Below, one piece after another: positions 27,507 through 37,695 of a stretch of DNA of 55,277 bases. Made by a program: the position numbers and the translations under genes. Position 1 is the stretch's first letter. Each line of letters starts with the position of its first letter. The DNA is from an uncultured Candidatus Saccharibacteria bacterium (GTDB lineage Bacteria > Patescibacteriota > Minisyncoccia > Phycocordibacterales > PALSA-1337): positions 8,932-64,208 of the forward strand of contig CAZIUH010000003.1 in the NCBI GenBank assembly GCA_964542675.1, written 5' to 3'. The notes under the pieces are model-generated. The model was not told where the DNA came from and ran no database searches. It saw only the letters and a list, made by a program, of their open reading frames with translations.

Positions 27507-29321
27507 ATGTCAATCTTTTCAAAATTATTCGGCAAAAAACAACCTTCACCTATCGTTTCCATCTTGCCCGAGGAAATATATCAGGCCGGTGTTTTGGAAC
27601 TAAAAGATATCATCGCGCCATCCGCTTTGAAGATAAGTCCGAAGGAGTTGAATCTGGGCGAAAAAGTCGGCCGTACGCTTTTCGTCATTTCATATCCGAG
27701 GTTCCTGCAAGAAAGTTGGTTTGCTCCGATAATAAACTTGGATAAAGTATTTAATGTTTCCATTTTCATACATCCTGTGGACACTGCCAAGATTTTGCGC
27801 CATTTTCAGAAGAAAGTTGCCGAGGTGCAGAGTCAGATTTCACGCAGGGAAGAGAAGGGTTTGGTGCGCGACCCGGCTCTGGATACAGCTTATCAAGACT
27901 TGGAAAATCTCCGTGATCAACTCATGCAGGCGCAGGAAAGACTTTTTGACGTCGGTGTTTATATTACGATATTAGCCGATTCAACTGGCGAACTTGATAA
28001 ACTAGAATCGGAGATAAAATCAATTCTTGAGTCAAAACTTGTATATGTTAAACCCGCACTATTTCAACAGGAACAGGGATTCAAAAGCGTTTTGCCTATC
28101 GCCGACGATCAGCTCGCCGTTCATTCCAAACTCAATTCTTCACCGCTTTCCAGTCTTTTCCCGTTTGTTTCTTTTGATCTGACTTCAGATAAAGGAATTT
28201 TATACGGAATAAATCGCCATAATTCTTCTCTTGTCCTCTTTGACCGCTTTCTATTGGAAAACTACAATTCCGTCACATTCGCCGTTGCCGGCGCGGGAAA
28301 ATCTTACTGTACCAAGCTAGAAATTCTGCGCACTCTCATGTTTGACACAGAGGTAATAGTCATAGATCCGGAAAAAGAATATGAGTATATGGCAGAAGCA
28401 ACCGGAGGGAAGTATTTCAACATTTCTTTGAATTCAGAACATCATGTCAATCCATTTGATTTACCCATACCGCGAGAAGATGAAAGCGCTTCTGATGTAC
28501 TCCGCTCAAATATCATTAATCTGGTCGGACTTTTCCGAATAATGCTCGGCGGTTTGTCTCAAGAAGAAGACGCCATCATTGATCGCGCCATAACGGAAAC
28601 ATATGCCTTGAAAGATATTACCGCAGAATCCAATTTCGCCAATGTTGAGCCGCCGCTTTTGTCCGATTTTGAACTTGTTTTGGCCGGAATGGAAGGCGCG
28701 GAATCTCTGGTTGAGAGATTGTCGAAATACACAAAGGGCACATGGTCCGGTTTTATCAACCGTCCATCAAACATTGATATCAATAAAAAATTCGTTGTCT
28801 TTTCACTCCGTGACATGGAAGACGAACTCAAACCCGTCGCGATGTATCTCATCACTCATTATATTTGGAACGCAATCCGCAAAAATCTGAGAAAGCGACT
28901 CCTTGTTATTGATGAGGCCTGGTGGATGATGAAATCAGAAGATACGGCTTCGTTCCTATTTAGTATGGCGAAAAGGGGACGCAAATATTTTCTCGGATTG
29001 GCGACTATCACCCAGGACGTTGATGACTTCTTGAAGTCCCCGTACGGCATGCCGATTGTGACAAACTCTTCCATTCAAATTCTCTTGAAACAATCGCCAA
29101 GCGTCATAGACTATGTACAAAAAACTTTCAACCTTACGGACGAAGAAAAATACTTATTACTCGAATCCGATGTCGGAGAAGGTATGTTTTTCGTCGGTTT
29201 GAAGCATGTTGCCATGAAGATCGTGAGTTCATATACAGAAGATCAGATCATTACCACAAATCCGCAACAACTAATAGCGATCAGAGACGCGAAGAAACAA
29301 CTCGAGGACTCGGGGCAATAA
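27507..29321 (+). CDS. virB4: VirB4-like type IV secretion ATPase
   Basis: Walker A AVAGAGKS, IDPEKEY, Walker B LLVIDEAW, KRGRKY..TQDV; start at MSIFSK. Confidence 0.88.
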   Translation: MSIFSKLFGKKQPSPIVSILPEEIYQAGVLELKDIIAPSALKISPKELNLGEKVGRTLFVISYPRFLQESWFAPIINLDKVFNVSIFIHPVDTAKILRHFQKKVAEVQSQISRREEKGLVRDPALDTAYQDLENLRDQLMQAQERLFDVGVYITILADSTGELDKLESEIKSILESKLVYVKPALFQQEQGFKSVLPIADDQLAVHSKLNSSPLSSLFPFVSFDLTSDKGILYGINRHNSSLVLFDRFLLENYNSVTFAVAGAGKSYCTKLEILRTLMFDTEVIVIDPEKEYEYMAEATGGKYFNISLNSEHHVNPFDLPIPREDESASDVLRSNIINLVGLFRIMLGGLSQEEDAIIDRAITETYALKDITAESNFANVEPPLLSDFELVLAGMEGAESLVERLSKYTKGTWSGFINRPSNIDINKKFVVFSLRDMEDELKPVAMYLITHYIWNAIRKNLRKRLLVIDEAWWMMKSEDTASFLFSMAKRGRKYFLGLATITQDVDDFLKSPYGMPIVTNSSIQILLKQSPSVIDYVQKTFNLTDEEKYLLLESDVGEGMFFVGLKHVAMKIVSSYTEDQIITTNPQQLIAIRDAKKQLEDSGQ

Positions 29322-29327
29322 TTTTCT

Positions 29328-29365
29328 CAAGGTTCGACCTCAGGAATTCCTGAGGTCGAACCTTG
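29328..29365. repeat. 38-bp perfect loop-less palindrome
   Basis: caaggttcgacctcaggaa|ttcctgaggtcgaaccttg. Confidence 0.92.
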
Positions 29366-29380
29366 TGTTATAATTCCTTC

Positions 29381-29815
29381 ATGGAAGATAATAAACCAAA
29401 ATACCGAATAGGAACTTCTGGAATGTTATTTTGGATTTTGTTTGCCGCATTAGCGGACCTTTTAAGTTTGATACCTTTTGTTGGGAGCATTGTTGGACCG
29501 ATATATTGGGTCTGCTTCAGTATATACCTTTGGAAAATCGGTTGTGGACTATTGAATGCTCGCAGACTGGCAACAGGAATAACTTCAATGGTAATAGAAA
29601 TAATACCCGCTTTTCAGGCATTTCCCACGATATTGATTGGAACGATAGCAATAATAGTAATGGTACGTACGGAAGATAAAACCGGTATTACGGTCCCCGG
29701 GCTTGGAAGTAAGAAACCCGCAAGTACCTTGGTTGAAAACGGTGTGAATCCTCCACGAGTTCAGCAGACACCATTAAATCAGGACGGAATTCGTGCGCCG
29801 AACGGAGGATTGTGA
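29381..29815 (+). CDS. hypothetical membrane protein
   Basis: About 3 TM segments (DLLSLIPFVG, IEIIPAFQAFP); start at MEDNK. Confidence 0.75.
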   Translation: MEDNKPKYRIGTSGMLFWILFAALADLLSLIPFVGSIVGPIYWVCFSIYLWKIGCGLLNARRLATGITSMVIEIIPAFQAFPTILIGTIAIIVMVRTEDKTGITVPGLGSKKPASTLVENGVNPPRVQQTPLNQDGIRAPNGGL

Positions 29816-29871
29816 TAAACACTTTGCGTATCCACTCGCAAGTTTTCCGTAAAATTGATAAAATAGCGGTA

Positions 29872-30918
29872 ATGAAAGCTCTCTTCGCTTTTACATTTAT
29901 CTTTTTAATATTCGCTTTTGCGGTTTCAGCCCAAGGCGTGCCGACTTCCATTCAGGGAATAGATTTGCGACTTTCCACGGAAAATCCTGTTCCGGAACAG
30001 CAAATAACCGTTACGGCTGAAAGTTATACATCAGATTTGAATTCTGCCAGTGTTATATGGACATTGAATGGACTACTATATCAAAAAGGTACGGGTATTA
30101 CGGCTATTCAAGTTCAAGCCCCCGCTCTCGGAAAAAAGCTTCGGGTTGAAATTATCGCGAGCGTTACGGGTGGAAAAGAATTGAAAGCAAATATTGATAT
30201 CGGTTCGGGTAGCATTGATATTATCGTTGAAAGCGAAGGTTATGTTCCACCATTTTTCCCTGGGAAAATACCTCTTTCATACCAAAATACCTACAAAATC
30301 ATTGCTGTGCCGCATCTTGCCGATTCTTCAAGTAAGGAATATGATCCGCGGACTCTAACATATCAATGGTCAAAAGATTCTAAGGTTGTTCAAGATCAAA
30401 GCGGTTTTAGTAAACAAACATTCATATGGCAAGACGATATTATTCCGCGCCAAAGAATGATAAATATTCGCGTGACGACCGGAGACGGCCGTGCTCAGGC
30501 GGAAAAAGTCATTTTTATACAAGCACAAGGCCCGAATATTATTTTTTACAACAATGATCCGCTTTACGGACCAATGTATAACAAAGCAATTATTGACAGA
30601 ATAGGGTTAGGCACAAGTCGTGAACTTTCTGTGTTAGCTGTTCCTTATGGATTTAATAAACCTCTAAAGGGCATCGGTAATCTATTATTCACATGGCTGG
30701 TAAATTCCATGGAACAAATGAATCTTTCCGCCAGTCAATCCATCGTTTTGCGCGCTCCAGAAGGTGTCAGTGGTTCTTCTAATATTCAACTACAAATCCG
30801 CAACAACAAAGATATCTTGCAAAGCGCGCAAGGTAGCTTTTCGGCGGTTTTTTCGGCCAATGAATCAATTAATTCAGCTACAAGCACTAATTCATTAAAT
30901 AATTACAATGGCATATAA
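29872..30918 (+). CDS. hypothetical secreted beta-rich (Ig-like) protein
   Basis: Signal peptide, repeated W-containing strands (VIWTLNG, YQWSKD, FTWLVN); start at MKALFAF. Confidence 0.75.
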   Translation: MKALFAFTFIFLIFAFAVSAQGVPTSIQGIDLRLSTENPVPEQQITVTAESYTSDLNSASVIWTLNGLLYQKGTGITAIQVQAPALGKKLRVEIIASVTGGKELKANIDIGSGSIDIIVESEGYVPPFFPGKIPLSYQNTYKIIAVPHLADSSSKEYDPRTLTYQWSKDSKVVQDQSGFSKQTFIWQDDIIPRQRMINIRVTTGDGRAQAEKVIFIQAQGPNIIFYNNDPLYGPMYNKAIIDRIGLGTSRELSVLAVPYGFNKPLKGIGNLLFTWLVNSMEQMNLSASQSIVLRAPEGVSGSSNIQLQIRNNKDILQSAQGSFSAVFSANESINSATSTNSLNNYNGI

Positions 30919-32101
30919 CAATAAACAAATAAACAGATACCTAATCATTACCATAATGATTATTATGACGTTTTCTTTTTCCGCCACTATTGTTTCAGGT
31001 CCAGTACATACCATTCAAGCGGCAACACCATCGGGGAATGAAGATAAAACATATACTTTGCTCGAACCTTTGCCCTACCTGCCAAATTCTGGACAGATCA
31101 ATGAGGGCGGGCAAGTAAAAAATATCAATCTGGGAAGTTTTATCCAATACGCGTTCAATCTATTAATCGCCGTTGCCGCCGTTGCCGCGGTGTTCATGAT
31201 GGTTTACGGGGGATTCTTATACATGACATCTGATGCATGGAGTAAAAAAAGTGAGGGAATAACAAAATTTAAGAACGCCATATACGGCTTATTAATGGTA
31301 CTCTCGGCCTTTCTAATTCTAAGAACAGTTAATCCGAAACTGGTTGAGATTCCAAAAAGTATCCCGCCAATAGACGTTCCTGCTTCGCAAATGCAGTCAC
31401 CAATGGCTTTGTTTGATCAGATGCTTGCAGACGCTCAAGCCGACAGACAACGATTAACAAGTGAACTTATTTTTAAACAAGATCAAACGGATACATTAGT
31501 ATCTTCTTTAAGTGATAGAAATGCAATACTGAGAGGTGAGCTGAGGGAACTACTCTCAAGTGGTGAAAACAATTCACGGATTCAAGTGATAGAAGATGAA
31601 TTAGCTGAAAATGATGCAAAGATCTTAAATGCAGAATCAATTATGTCTGCGGATACGACAAAGGCAATTATTCAGACTAGAGTTGCTTCCCAAACATTTC
31701 TAAATCTCAACAGCATGAATATTATCAGTGGTTTAGACCTAAATAAAATAACTGCTGAAATTTCAACAGGAGTAAATGAGATAGATAAGATTAAGCGTGA
31801 TGGTATCACTGAATTAGTAAATCTAGGCTCGAACGACGCAACTTTATCAAACAGTATTATTATGGAAGCCGAAAAAGCCAAGATTTCACTGCAACTTAAC
31901 GGGCTTGATGCACAAGTTCAATTAACTGATAAAGATCACACTTTCCTAGCTTTTGAAAATAATATAATAGATCCAAGTCTAAATAAAATTGCACAAGAAA
32001 TTTACGCGGTTCAGGATCCTACAATAAGAGAACAACTACGACTAAAATATATGGATGTAAAAAAACGAATTGATGATCTAAAAATATCAACGAAAAAATA
32101 A
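30908..32101 (+). CDS. VirB2/TrbC-like pilin domain protein with coiled-coil extension
   Basis: YTLLEPLP...LLIAVAAVAAVFMMVYGGFLYMTS...KNAIYGLLMVLSAFLILRTVNPKLV. Confidence 0.7.
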   Translation: MAYNNKQINRYLIITIMIIMTFSFSATIVSGPVHTIQAATPSGNEDKTYTLLEPLPYLPNSGQINEGGQVKNINLGSFIQYAFNLLIAVAAVAAVFMMVYGGFLYMTSDAWSKKSEGITKFKNAIYGLLMVLSAFLILRTVNPKLVEIPKSIPPIDVPASQMQSPMALFDQMLADAQADRQRLTSELIFKQDQTDTLVSSLSDRNAILRGELRELLSSGENNSRIQVIEDELAENDAKILNAESIMSADTTKAIIQTRVASQTFLNLNSMNIISGLDLNKITAEISTGVNEIDKIKRDGITELVNLGSNDATLSNSIIMEAEKAKISLQLNGLDAQVQLTDKDHTFLAFENNIIDPSLNKIAQEIYAVQDPTIREQLRLKYMDVKKRIDDLKISTKK

Positions 32102-32103
32102 CC

Positions 32104-33432
32104 ATGCACAAAATTATCAAAATCCTAACTGTAATAGTAACCCTCCTGATCATCGCAGGCGCCGTTTATTATTGGTATTTTTACATTTACGTTTCTTCTA
32201 CACCGACAACAACAGAAAATCAGAATCCAACAACCGGCTTCATTCCTTTTGACCGCGATATTCCCGCGTCATCGGGACAAGACGCCGGGGACTCAAATAA
32301 CGGTAATACCACTTCCGCAAGTAATGTTCAAACCACAGCGCCACTTCCAATTCTGCGTCTTTTGAGCGCGACACCGGTCGGAGGTTACGGAGCCAGCACA
32401 ACAGCCAGCACAACTGTCGTGAGATGGGTAGATAGGGGAAGAGGGAATATTTATGAGGCCAGAGGCGATAGATTGGACATTACGACGATTTCGAACACAT
32501 TATTGCCGAGAGTGTATGAAAGTTGGTGGAATAAGAATGACACATCATTCGTGGGACAATATTTGAGCGATAAGGGCGATGAGATAACAACCGTTATCGC
32601 GAATATTCAGAAAAGAGTGGCTCCAACACCGGCAAAAACTGGAACGAGCACATCAGTTATGACGGAGACAATTCAAAATCAACAGGTAACTGGAACTATA
32701 TATGAATTAAAAGGTAAAGTCGTATCAGGAAATATTATTGCCGTCGCTTCATCACCGAAAAGAGATCGTATTTTAGTAATAAATAATGATAATGGTCGCG
32801 CTATTGGCTATGTGTCCAACTTTGACGGTAGCAAACAAACTCAATTGTTTGATTTGCCGTTCACTCAACTTGTCGCGGAATGGCCGGAAGAAAATACTAT
32901 CGCCATCACAACGAAAGCCGGCGCCAATTATTCTGGCTATTTGTATTTCGTGAATGTGAAAACCGGCGTTCTGACGCAAATTCTCGGAAATATGCCCGGT
33001 CTAGCGACAAAAGTAAGCAAGGACGCGATAAGGGTATTGTATTCAAGCGCGACAAAAGATACTAACATGACCAAAACCATAATTTATGAGATAAATACCG
33101 GAAAATCAACAGAAATGATATTCCGCACATTCGCCGATAAATGTGTATGGAGCTCAAAATTCAAAGAAGAAGTCTACTGCGCCCTGCCATCAAAAATTAC
33201 CACTGGCATATATCCTGACGATTGGTACCTCGGCAAAGTATCGTTCATTGATGATATTTGGTTGTTAAACTCCACTACCGGCCAAATACATCGCGTTTCA
33301 AAACTACTTAGCCAAGCAAATCAACTTATCGACGTATTCAATATTGAACTCGACACTAACGGTGATTTCCTCTATTTCATGAACAAGAACAATCTGTCAC
33401 TCTGGTCACTCGATCTTGTTTCATCGAATTAA
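32104..33432 (+). CDS. hypothetical membrane-anchored, probably beta-propeller, protein
   Basis: N-terminal TM, Thr-rich linker, SPKRDRI / KCVWS / YPDDWYLG / LWSLDL. Confidence 0.78.
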   Translation: MHKIIKILTVIVTLLIIAGAVYYWYFYIYVSSTPTTTENQNPTTGFIPFDRDIPASSGQDAGDSNNGNTTSASNVQTTAPLPILRLLSATPVGGYGASTTASTTVVRWVDRGRGNIYEARGDRLDITTISNTLLPRVYESWWNKNDTSFVGQYLSDKGDEITTVIANIQKRVAPTPAKTGTSTSVMTETIQNQQVTGTIYELKGKVVSGNIIAVASSPKRDRILVINNDNGRAIGYVSNFDGSKQTQLFDLPFTQLVAEWPEENTIAITTKAGANYSGYLYFVNVKTGVLTQILGNMPGLATKVSKDAIRVLYSSATKDTNMTKTIIYEINTGKSTEMIFRTFADKCVWSSKFKEEVYCALPSKITTGIYPDDWYLGKVSFIDDIWLLNSTTGQIHRVSKLLSQANQLIDVFNIELDTNGDFLYFMNKNNLSLWSLDLVSSN

Positions 33433-33435
33433 TCT

Positions 33436-33594
33436 CCCGGAATCACAACAAACAAAGCATGTTTTTCAAGACGAGGACTGCGATTGTCTCGCGGTCTTAG
33501 GATGATGTATAAAAAACAACATCTGAATAAATATTGCATCAATAGGAACAGTTCCGCAGTTTTGAAAAACATGCTTTGTTTGTTGTGATTCGGG
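33436..33594 (+). repeat. palindromic element family 1, copy A
   Basis: Arms gaatcacaacaaacaaagcatgtttttcaagac / gttttgaaaaacatgctttgtttgttgtgattc; core 33473-33558 GAGGACTGCGATT...ATAGGAACAGTTCCGCA. Confidence 0.9.
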
Positions 33595-33596
33595 TA

Positions 33597-34352
33597 TTAT
33601 TTCTTCGCGTATTGTCTGCGTATGACTAATTCCTGTGCAAGAGTAAATAATGCGCTCACGGACCAGTATAATGCGATAATAGACGCCACCTGAGGAAATT
33701 TCAAAGGAATCAACCAATAAGTTGAGGCGAAAGCCAAAATCGGCAACATATATTTCATCTGTTTATTCATGGACGCCGCGAAGTCCAATGGGGGAGTACC
33801 TGTAACATGATTATTCGTCGTTACGGCTTTGAATTGTTTCGACGCCAGAGAATATTTGAGTTGAACATATTGAGCAATCGCGGTAACTATCGCCAAAACA
33901 AGGCTTGGTGTTGTCAAATCTATCAATCCCAAAAATTGCGTCTTCACCATAGGAATAGAAACAAATGAATACAAATATTCCGGGTTGATTGTTGGTATTA
34001 TTTTATAAAAAACGGAAAGTAGTGCTAGCAATATCGGCAATTGAATGAAAAGAAGTAAGATTCCTGAAAACGGTTTTATGCCTTTTGCTTTATAAAGCTC
34101 CATAACCTTAAGAGCTTGCGCTTGCCGATCGTTCGCGTACTGCGCTTTTATTTGATTCGACTCAGGTTCTATCTCTTTCATTCTGATCTGTGTTAGTATC
34201 GACACCTTTGAGAGATGAAATAGCGCCAACTTCACAATAATGGTGAAAATAATAACGGCCAATCCAACGTCAATCCAAGGCAAAATGTCCATAACACTCA
34301 CCAAACCGTTATATAAAGGTAAAAAAATAAAATTATGATACAAATATGTCAT
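33597..34352 (-). CDS. yidC: YidC/Oxa1 membrane protein insertase
   Basis: GLAVIIFTIIVKL, MELYK..GIKPFSG.LLLFIQLPI, LYWSVS; synteny with rnpA-rpmH-dnaA. Confidence 0.93.
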   Translation of the reverse strand: MTYLYHNFIFLPLYNGLVSVMDILPWIDVGLAVIIFTIIVKLALFHLSKVSILTQIRMKEIEPESNQIKAQYANDRQAQALKVMELYKAKGIKPFSGILLLFIQLPILLALLSVFYKIIPTINPEYLYSFVSIPMVKTQFLGLIDLTTPSLVLAIVTAIAQYVQLKYSLASKQFKAVTTNNHVTGTPPLDFAASMNKQMKYMLPILAFASTYWLIPLKFPQVASIIALYWSVSALFTLAQELVIRRQYAKK

Positions 34353-34383
34353 TTATTGTTTGCAACTTACAAATTATCGTCTA

Positions 34384-34734
34384 TTAATCGCCGTTTACAG
34401 CCTTCATCAGCTTGGATTTTATGAGCAAATCTTTGAGAGCAGTCCTGATAGTTTCAAATTTATAATCTTTCAAATCGCTCTTAGAGAAGATAATAACATG
34501 AACACCGGAAATAACGGAGGGGAATAATTCTCTTATAACACTATACAACCGCCGTCTTGCCCTATTACGCGCCACGGCCGTCTTCGCGACCTTCACAGGT
34601 GCTACGGCAGAAATACATGTATTTGGTTGATTCAACACATATCGCAAAACAAAAAGGGGGGAACTTATAACTTTCCCTTTCTTTATCACTTCCAATAGCC
34701 GTTTAGTTGTCAGTCTATTAGACTTTTTCAACAT
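34384..34734 (-). CDS. rnpA: ribonuclease P protein component
   Basis: MLKKSNRL, KVAKTAVARNRARRR (RNR motif). Confidence 0.93.
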   Translation of the reverse strand: MLKKSNRLTTKRLLEVIKKGKVISSPLFVLRYVLNQPNTCISAVAPVKVAKTAVARNRARRRLYSVIRELFPSVISGVHVIIFSKSDLKDYKFETIRTALKDLLIKSKLMKAVNGD

Positions 34735-34735
34735 A

Positions 34736-34870
34736 TTAAACTGTTACACGATACCTGCCTTTAGCTCTGCGCCTCGCAACGGCCTTTTTCCCACCAGGCG
34801 ATTTCATTCTAGCGCGAAATCCATGCGTCTTGGCGCGTTTTCTTTTGTTTGGTTTGTATGTGAATGACAT
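34736..34870 (-). CDS. rpmH: 50S ribosomal protein L34 (not in the ORF track)
   Basis: Manual translation [44 protein letters not shown]. Confidence 0.97.
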   Translation of the reverse strand: MSFTYKPNKRKRAKTHGFRARMKSPGGKKAVARRRAKGRYRVTV

Positions 34871-34918
34871 GACTAGGAAATTATTACATCTTTTTTATTT
34901 TTATGCAAGATAAAAGAG

Positions 34919-34977
34919 TTCTCCACAACTTATCAACATATTTTATGCCTCTCCACAAGTTCCCAGATTTATAAACA
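34919..34977 (+). promoter_or_regulatory. degenerate DnaA-box cluster upstream of dnaA
   Basis: ttctccaca 34919, ttatcaaca 34930, ctctccaca 34949, ttataaaca 34969. Confidence 0.75.
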
Positions 34978-34998
34978 GGTATATACTAGAAACACCTT

Positions 34999-36345
34999 AT
35001 GAATGAATATTCTCAAATTTGGCAGACCGCGCTGATCGAAATACAGTCGATTGTTTCCCCAGCGAATTATTCCACTTGGGTCAAAACTACTCGTATTGTC
35101 CGTGAGGAGGAGGGGGTGGTATTCCTTGGCGTACCAAATGAATTCACCAGGGAATGGTTATTCAAGAAATGTCACAACTCAATTCTGCGCATATTAAGAC
35201 AGCTGAACGAACGTGTACGTGCCCTAGAATATGTTGTTTTGAAAGAGGATGAACAAAAACTCGACGGAGGAAAGAAGGGTTTGGCCATGGCGCCGACGCT
35301 TTCTATACCCCTAGAAAATTTCTACGTAAACAAAGATGATAATCTCAATTCCCGCTACACATTCGAAAATTTTGTGGTCGGACCATTCAACGAAATCGCT
35401 CACGCCGCCGCGCAAACAGTTGTGAAAGCGCCGGGGCAGGCATACAATCCGTTCTTCGTGTACGGAAGGACGGGTGTCGGAAAAACTCATTTGATCCAAT
35501 CTATAGGCAATAAGATTAAGAATTTGTTCCCTAACAAAAAAGTATATTATCTAACCGCGGAAAAATTCGGATCCGATTTTTTCGACTCGTTACAGATCAA
35601 CAAAGCTCAACAATTCAAGGAAAAATACCGTAAATACGATGTTCTTATAATGGATGATGTTCAATTTTTCGGCAGCAAGGAAAAATTCCAGGAAGAATTT
35701 TTTCACTTATTCAATACTTTTTATGATACCGCTCGCCAACTCATTTTTTCGAGCGATAGACATCCGAATATCATTCCGAATTTGGAAGATCGCATACGAA
35801 GTCGTTTCAGCACCGGTATGGTTATTGATATCGCTGAATTAGACAAAGAGTCTAGAATGGCTATAGTTAGAGCCAAATGCCAGCCTCATAGCATTACTCT
35901 AACTGAAGAAATAATCGATTATCTTGCTTCTGAGGTTGAAGAAAATATCAGAGAAATAGAGGGTATAGTCAACATTATCGCTCATAATACCCAATACAAA
36001 GGTAGGGAGCTTAACTTAAATGAAATAAAAACCATCATCAAAACAAACGCTCGACCGAAGAAAATGCTTTCCGTTAAAGAAGTAGTGAAAATCGTCTGCG
36101 ACTTTTACAATATAGACGAGAATAGTATATACAACAAGACTCGAAGGAAGGAAATTGTGAAACCGCGCCAAGTGGTTATGTACATCCTGCGTGAAGATTT
36201 TAGTATTTCATTTCCATCTATTGGAGACAAACTGGGTGGACGTGATCATACGACAGTCATTCACTCGTATGAGAAAGTAAAAGAAGATTTGAAGACTAAT
36301 AACTTATTATCAGAAGAAGTATCACGCATACGGACAATGTTATAA
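34999..36345 (+). CDS. dnaA: chromosomal replication initiator DnaA
   Basis: YTFENFVVG, YNPFFVYGRTGVGKTHL, MDDVQF, RIRSRF, GGRDHTTVIH. Confidence 0.98.
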   Translation: MNEYSQIWQTALIEIQSIVSPANYSTWVKTTRIVREEEGVVFLGVPNEFTREWLFKKCHNSILRILRQLNERVRALEYVVLKEDEQKLDGGKKGLAMAPTLSIPLENFYVNKDDNLNSRYTFENFVVGPFNEIAHAAAQTVVKAPGQAYNPFFVYGRTGVGKTHLIQSIGNKIKNLFPNKKVYYLTAEKFGSDFFDSLQINKAQQFKEKYRKYDVLIMDDVQFFGSKEKFQEEFFHLFNTFYDTARQLIFSSDRHPNIIPNLEDRIRSRFSTGMVIDIAELDKESRMAIVRAKCQPHSITLTEEIIDYLASEVEENIREIEGIVNIIAHNTQYKGRELNLNEIKTIIKTNARPKKMLSVKEVVKIVCDFYNIDENSIYNKTRRKEIVKPRQVVMYILREDFSISFPSIGDKLGGRDHTTVIHSYEKVKEDLKTNNLLSEEVSRIRTML

Positions 36346-36585
36346 AAAATTTTATGTGGAAATCATGTTAATAAAAATGTATTACTTGGGTAAAATATGA
36401 ACGCAAAAAACAAATATAAATTTAAATGAATAAATTAAACATGTTGTTAGTAAAAAAATAATTATAAATATTCAAAAATACTAATATTTAACCACTGTTT
36501 TTCAACTTATCAACATATTCACTCCCTTAATAACAATAAAGAGTTATATAAAAAATAATTATTAACACTAACACTATTATATTAT
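36346..36585. other. oriC: probable oriC (AT-rich dnaA-dnaN spacer with degenerate DnaA boxes)
   Basis: Very AT-rich; tgtggaaat 36355, tgttaataa 36366, ttatcaaca 36507, ttattaaca 36559. Confidence 0.75.
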
Positions 36586-37695
36586 ATGAAACTTGAATTA
36601 CATTTTCAGGATTTTAAAAAAGCAGTACTATTATCGGAAAAAATTGCCGGTAAACATATGACTTTACCTGTATTGTCATGCCTTCTTTTTGATGTGAAAA
36701 AAGGATCTCTTCATATAAAAGCAACAAACCTTGATCTTGGTATAGAGACAATAATATCGGCAAAGTCGGATACTGAAAACGTTTTTGCCATTCCCGCCGC
36801 GATTTTGTCCGCGTTCCTGTCCCAAATAAGCGATTATGACGGGGTTATTCGGTTGGAGTCTGTATCGGGAAATATACAAATAAACACATCAAAATCAAAA
36901 GGAGTGATAAAAACCGTGCCACATGAAGATTTTCCAAGTATTCCCGAGGTGACAAATGAACGAAAAGTTCAATTAACATCCGATATTATCGTAAAAGGGT
37001 TAAAATCCGTATGGTATAGCGCGTCAGTTTCTAGCGTCAAACCAGAATTATCTAGTGTTTATGTTTATACGCAGAACAATCATCTTATTTTTGTGGCTAC
37101 AGATTCATTTCGTTTGGCTGAGAAAAAACTTAATTTACCCACAGCCACAATAGTTGGGGACATTTTGATTCCATTCAAAAATGTCGCCGATATGATACGA
37201 ATACTTGAATCAACCACGGAAACAATTACGATCGAAATGAATAAAAACCTTATTTCCTTTGAAGTTCCGGGCAAAATCCGCATAATATCTCGAGTTATTG
37301 ATGGGGTATTTCCAGATTATAAACAGATTATCCCCAAATCATATACAACCGAAATTATCGCTTTGAAACAAGACCTTTTGAACGCGCTCCGAATATCAAA
37401 TGTTTTTTCGGATAAATTCAATCAAATACATTTGACGGCTGATCCGAAAGGTAAACTATTTGAGGTACAAACAAAAAATAGCGATATTGGCGAAAATAAA
37501 ACGACCATAGATGCCGCCGTGACGGGCGATAGGGTAGAAATCAATTTCAATTACAAGTATGTGGTAGATTGCTTCCAATCTATCGATGCTGATAGCGTTT
37601 CTCTTCAACTGGGAGGCACAAATAGGCCGATGGTCATACGCCCGGTGTCCGGAGATCAATCGTTTATGTATTTGGTTATGCCCATGAATCGTTAA
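36586..37695 (+). CDS. dnaN: DNA polymerase III beta sliding clamp
   Basis: ATNLDLGI, VATDSFRLAE, SRVIDGVFPDYKQIIP, YLVMPM. Confidence 0.97.
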   Translation: MKLELHFQDFKKAVLLSEKIAGKHMTLPVLSCLLFDVKKGSLHIKATNLDLGIETIISAKSDTENVFAIPAAILSAFLSQISDYDGVIRLESVSGNIQINTSKSKGVIKTVPHEDFPSIPEVTNERKVQLTSDIIVKGLKSVWYSASVSSVKPELSSVYVYTQNNHLIFVATDSFRLAEKKLNLPTATIVGDILIPFKNVADMIRILESTTETITIEMNKNLISFEVPGKIRIISRVIDGVFPDYKQIIPKSYTTEIIALKQDLLNALRISNVFSDKFNQIHLTADPKGKLFEVQTKNSDIGENKTTIDAAVTGDRVEINFNYKYVVDCFQSIDADSVSLQLGGTNRPMVIRPVSGDQSFMYLVMPMNR

